A DNA stretch of 64,000 bases from Azolla caroliniana. Lineage: Eukaryota; Plantae; Polypodiophyta. The notes under the pieces were generated by a model. It searched no databases. It saw only the letters and a program-made list of their open reading frames with translations, and was not told the DNA's origin. Below are positions 60,637-64,000 of the stretch, piece by piece (the stretch's first letter is position 1; the number at the start of each line of letters is the position of its first letter). A program made the translations under genes and the position numbers. Location of the stretch: the NCBI GenBank assembly GCA_043228905.1, contig JBHGNT010000011.1, positions 8,246,001 to 8,310,000 of the forward strand, given 5' to 3'.

Positions 60637-63600
60637 TGTTACCGGCCGGCAAAGAAGGCTTAATGAGGTCCAAACCAGAGTGTGAAAGGAATAGTTATTC
60701 GGAAACTGTTGTAATTAGTAGTCTTAATATATACATATTATTATATAAGAAGATGTAGACGGACGGACCGTAATCGGTATGCCGATCCGGATCCGGAATG
60801 ATTCCGTAAAGGTGCCAGTTGGCACCGTTTTGTATTTTGCACCGGAGACCTATATAAAGGCCCGGTTACAATGTAATCAGGAGCGGATAATTAAGAAAGC
60901 TTATTGTCTTAATCTTCAAGTGTTGATTACCGTTTTGTATTTATTGTCATATCTTACGCGTGTTAATTACGGATGGCTAAGTAATCGATTAAGGTCTAAT
61001 TAAGCATTGTTCCGTAACTCATTCTACCATACCACCCTTTGGTGACGTGTCTTAAGTGGACACCCTGTGTTAGGCTGTTGTCTGGCCCTAGCAATAACCC
61101 ATTTTTTGGCGACCACGGTTCCTGTATTATCGCAGTGAACATCGGCAGGAATGGATGACTAGGCCAACAGACGCCCGGTTACGGAGAGAGCACGAAGACT
61201 TGCTGAACGGAGACGGCGGCGAGAGGTTTTTCAGCAAGCACCGGAAGAAATCCGAACGGATCGATCATTTTCCAAAGTGATCCGGAAAGTGGCAGAGGAG
61301 TCGCTCCGTCTGCAACAAAACGCCTACCCGGACGAAGGAAGAAGCTTCAGTAGCCTCCGGGAAGCGGAAACCCTTCTCCAGGCCTTGGCCGGAAGAGACG
61401 GCGAATTCGAAGCATTTTCAGTGCTGGAATCGAATTCGGAAGGGGGTTACAGCGCGCATATGAACTATCACAGCAGTAACGACACCCCAGGAAGACCGAA
61501 GGACGAGGAGTCGGATACTTTACCGACACCGGAACTAGAGTTGGCAGACCAAGAACCTCCGGCACACGTCGTGGAGCAACCTCCGAAGATGGAAGTACAC
61601 CGGCAAAAACCTCCAACACCGGAAGTCGAGCTGGCAACACCAAAGGAAGACCGGCTAAGACCTCAGACGCCAACGGAATAGCAGGAAAGACCACCGATAC
61701 TGCCAACCCGCGTACCGACACCGGACTACGATATGTCGTTCTAGTACTCCAAGTATCGCGATGACCCGGACGCGGAGGCTCATGTTCACGCATTTGAACA
61801 AACATGGGAAGCAAACCATGTGTCACAACGGTTAACCGCGGCAGAAGAGGAACGATCTAAGATAGCCGAATTCGGCATGACATTAGAAGGACCGGCCGCC
61901 AGATGGCACCGGATGCAGGATCGCAACACCATCACCACCTTTGCGGACTTGAAACACAAATTCTTGCACTTCTTCCAGAAGGAGGTGGATCAACGAGAAA
62001 TGGTGGGCTTATTTTATACAATTCGGCAGGACCTCGGCGAGAGCATCCCACAGTTTGTCATCCGGTTTCAACGGATGCACAGTCAGCTTACCCGCGCACC
62101 TCCGGAGGAAGAAACGCGGGCTATATTTTTAGCCGCGCTCCAGGAACCTCTACGAACGGTATGCACAGTCATTGACTTTCGCACAAGCACCGTCAACCAG
62201 GTCATCGACCGGGTTCGAGGAATGGAGAGAACGAGCTCTTGGCTAACAATGGGAGCCCTCCAACGAGCATTACCAACCGATGAGGATCTCCGTTTCCGGC
62301 AAGAAATCCAATGCACGACCTACTTGAATTCTCGACACTCGTCACTGGAGTGCACCATGCAGACGCACTGCTTACTCTGCCAAGCTACGAGCCACACGAA
62401 GGACCGGTGCGAATATAACTTATTGAATCAGCAAGCTCCACCAGTCCGGCAAATCGAGCCACGTAGTAGCCGAGACGAAGAAGACGAACGATGGCGACGA
62501 GAGGAGCGATATCGACCGGCACAAGATGTCCGGTACGACAATCGGCGAGACAACTACGACCAGTACAAGAGAAACGACAAGTACCGAGAATACAATGGAC
62601 GGTATGAGCATCACAACCGGGATCACTCCCCCGGGTATCACCAACGATGGGAAGATTACGGGAGGTATGACGACCAACCCCGGCAAGGGTACCGCAACAA
62701 AAGAACTTTAATAAAAAACGGCATTTCAAAAACGGGAGCCACCCACGTGAACCGGAAAAAGGCGCCTCAAGCAGCCAACCAGACCAGAGCCCCGTGGTTA
62801 CCACAAATCCTCCACCGGGTACAGGAAACAATGCCGAATCCAGCAACACCCAGAAAGCATATTGCTACTACTGCCGGCAGGAAGGACATTATAGTAATCA
62901 ATGTCCGGCAAAGAGCTATGATAAGCGACCGGCAGTAAACATGGTAGTCGCCGAAGTCGCAGACCTCCAGTAGGTCAGCACAAGGTCGCAGGGGAAGACT
63001 ACGGAATGGGAGACACAAGAGGCCATCCGGAAACAGGCAACGAAATGGGTAAAAAAGGCCAATGAGCGAAACGTAGCAGAACTTGCGCAATAGAAGGAGA
63101 ACACCGAAGAGCTCTCCGGAAGCAGTCAGTCCGAAAACGGGACATGGCAGCTATTGTAGGAATGCCAGATCACGCTGCCGTTAGGACGACTCTTGCAGCT
63201 AGTACCAAGATTCACAGAAGGACGAAGGAAGGCATGACGACAGGCGGAACACCACCGGCTCCAGCATTCTTTTCAAATTCGGAGGAGGGACCGGCCGTGG
63301 TGGACACCAATAGTCCGGCAATTACGGCCATTGTGAAAGGGGAAGAACTCCCCGGCACGATAATAGATGGAGGCTCCGGCGTTAACGTAATCAGCCTCCG
63401 GACATGCGATGCTCTTGGAATCTGAGAGTGGGAGACATGTCCGTTCTGGCTCCGTATGGCTGACACAAGCTCGTTTCGACCGACAGGATTAATACGGAAC
63501 TTGAAAGTAACCATCGGGGGCCACACATTCCGAATCTCAACCGTAGTTCTCCAGTTGCAGGCTCAAGGAGCGTACCCATTATTGTTGGGACGCCCTTGGT

Positions 63601-64000
63601 TAAAAACAACACATATCAAGCAGAACTAGAGGAGGAATATGATTACGTTCCGGCGGGGAAAAGCGAAGGTACGGGTACCAACACAACAAAGGAAGGGCAC
63701 CGGCAAGGATCTGACACCGTTATATGCGGAGTGTGTCAATATGCTGGAGGGATTAGCAGACGAAGAAGAAGAGCAGTACTTGTTGGAGAACTTGAAGATT
63801 GTACCCCTATTCAAAATTGACGTTGCGGAAGCGGTATCACCCTACTTACTACACTCGGACGAAACCGAAGCGGAACTGGATAAAGAAGCAATCCGGGAGT
63901 TACGGCATGCACAGGAGGCATTGGAAAGGGAAATTGCCGTATCCCAGCACGTAAAAGCGTCCCAATTAGAAGAGGTAAATCTAGGAACGGCGGAGGAGGC
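60637..64000 (+). mobile_element. Second copy of the tRNA-Arg gypsy element (5' LTR about 60637-61099, PBS 61107, disrupted gag-PR), running off the window
   Basis: TGTTACCGGCC start homologous to the 48416 and 58676 ends, TGGCGACCACGG, gag ORFs 61277-62938, IIDGGSGVNVIS protease. Confidence 0.93.

Overview
This is eukaryotic, transposon-dominated DNA. The retroelement protein types suggest a seed-free land plant (fern, lycophyte or bryophyte); that taxonomy is inference. No confidently identifiable host gene is present. Contents: (i) 1-8.2 kb, the right end of a probable DNA transposon with a convergent, spliced, decayed accessory gene (RING-H2 plus an FCP1/NIF-like domain lacking the catalytic residues), a palindromic TAGCTAATTAGCTA satellite and telobox arrays in its introns, next to a truncated hAT/ZNF862-like transposase; (ii) a short low-TE, gene-like island at 11-14.4 kb; (iii) a nest of Ty1/copia elements at 15.9-39.5 kb, including one very young intact element (21050-26219, TSD GAGAC, LTRs differing at one base, about 1423-aa gag-pol) and a LINE fragment; (iv) Ty3/gypsy elements with a tRNA-Arg PBS and a long 3' extra ORF (47982-58676, 60637-end, fragment 39.6-42.7 kb). 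The most striking system is an LTR family present at four insertion sites (6263-6983, 19030-19130, 44767-59059, 57111-57895). It is primed by tRNA-Trp, makes 4-bp target duplications centred on CpG, carries an antisense tRNA-like Pol III A/B-box cassette with invariant spacing in U3, has conserved GGATT-loop hairpins in U5, and shows U3/U5 mosaicism between copies.
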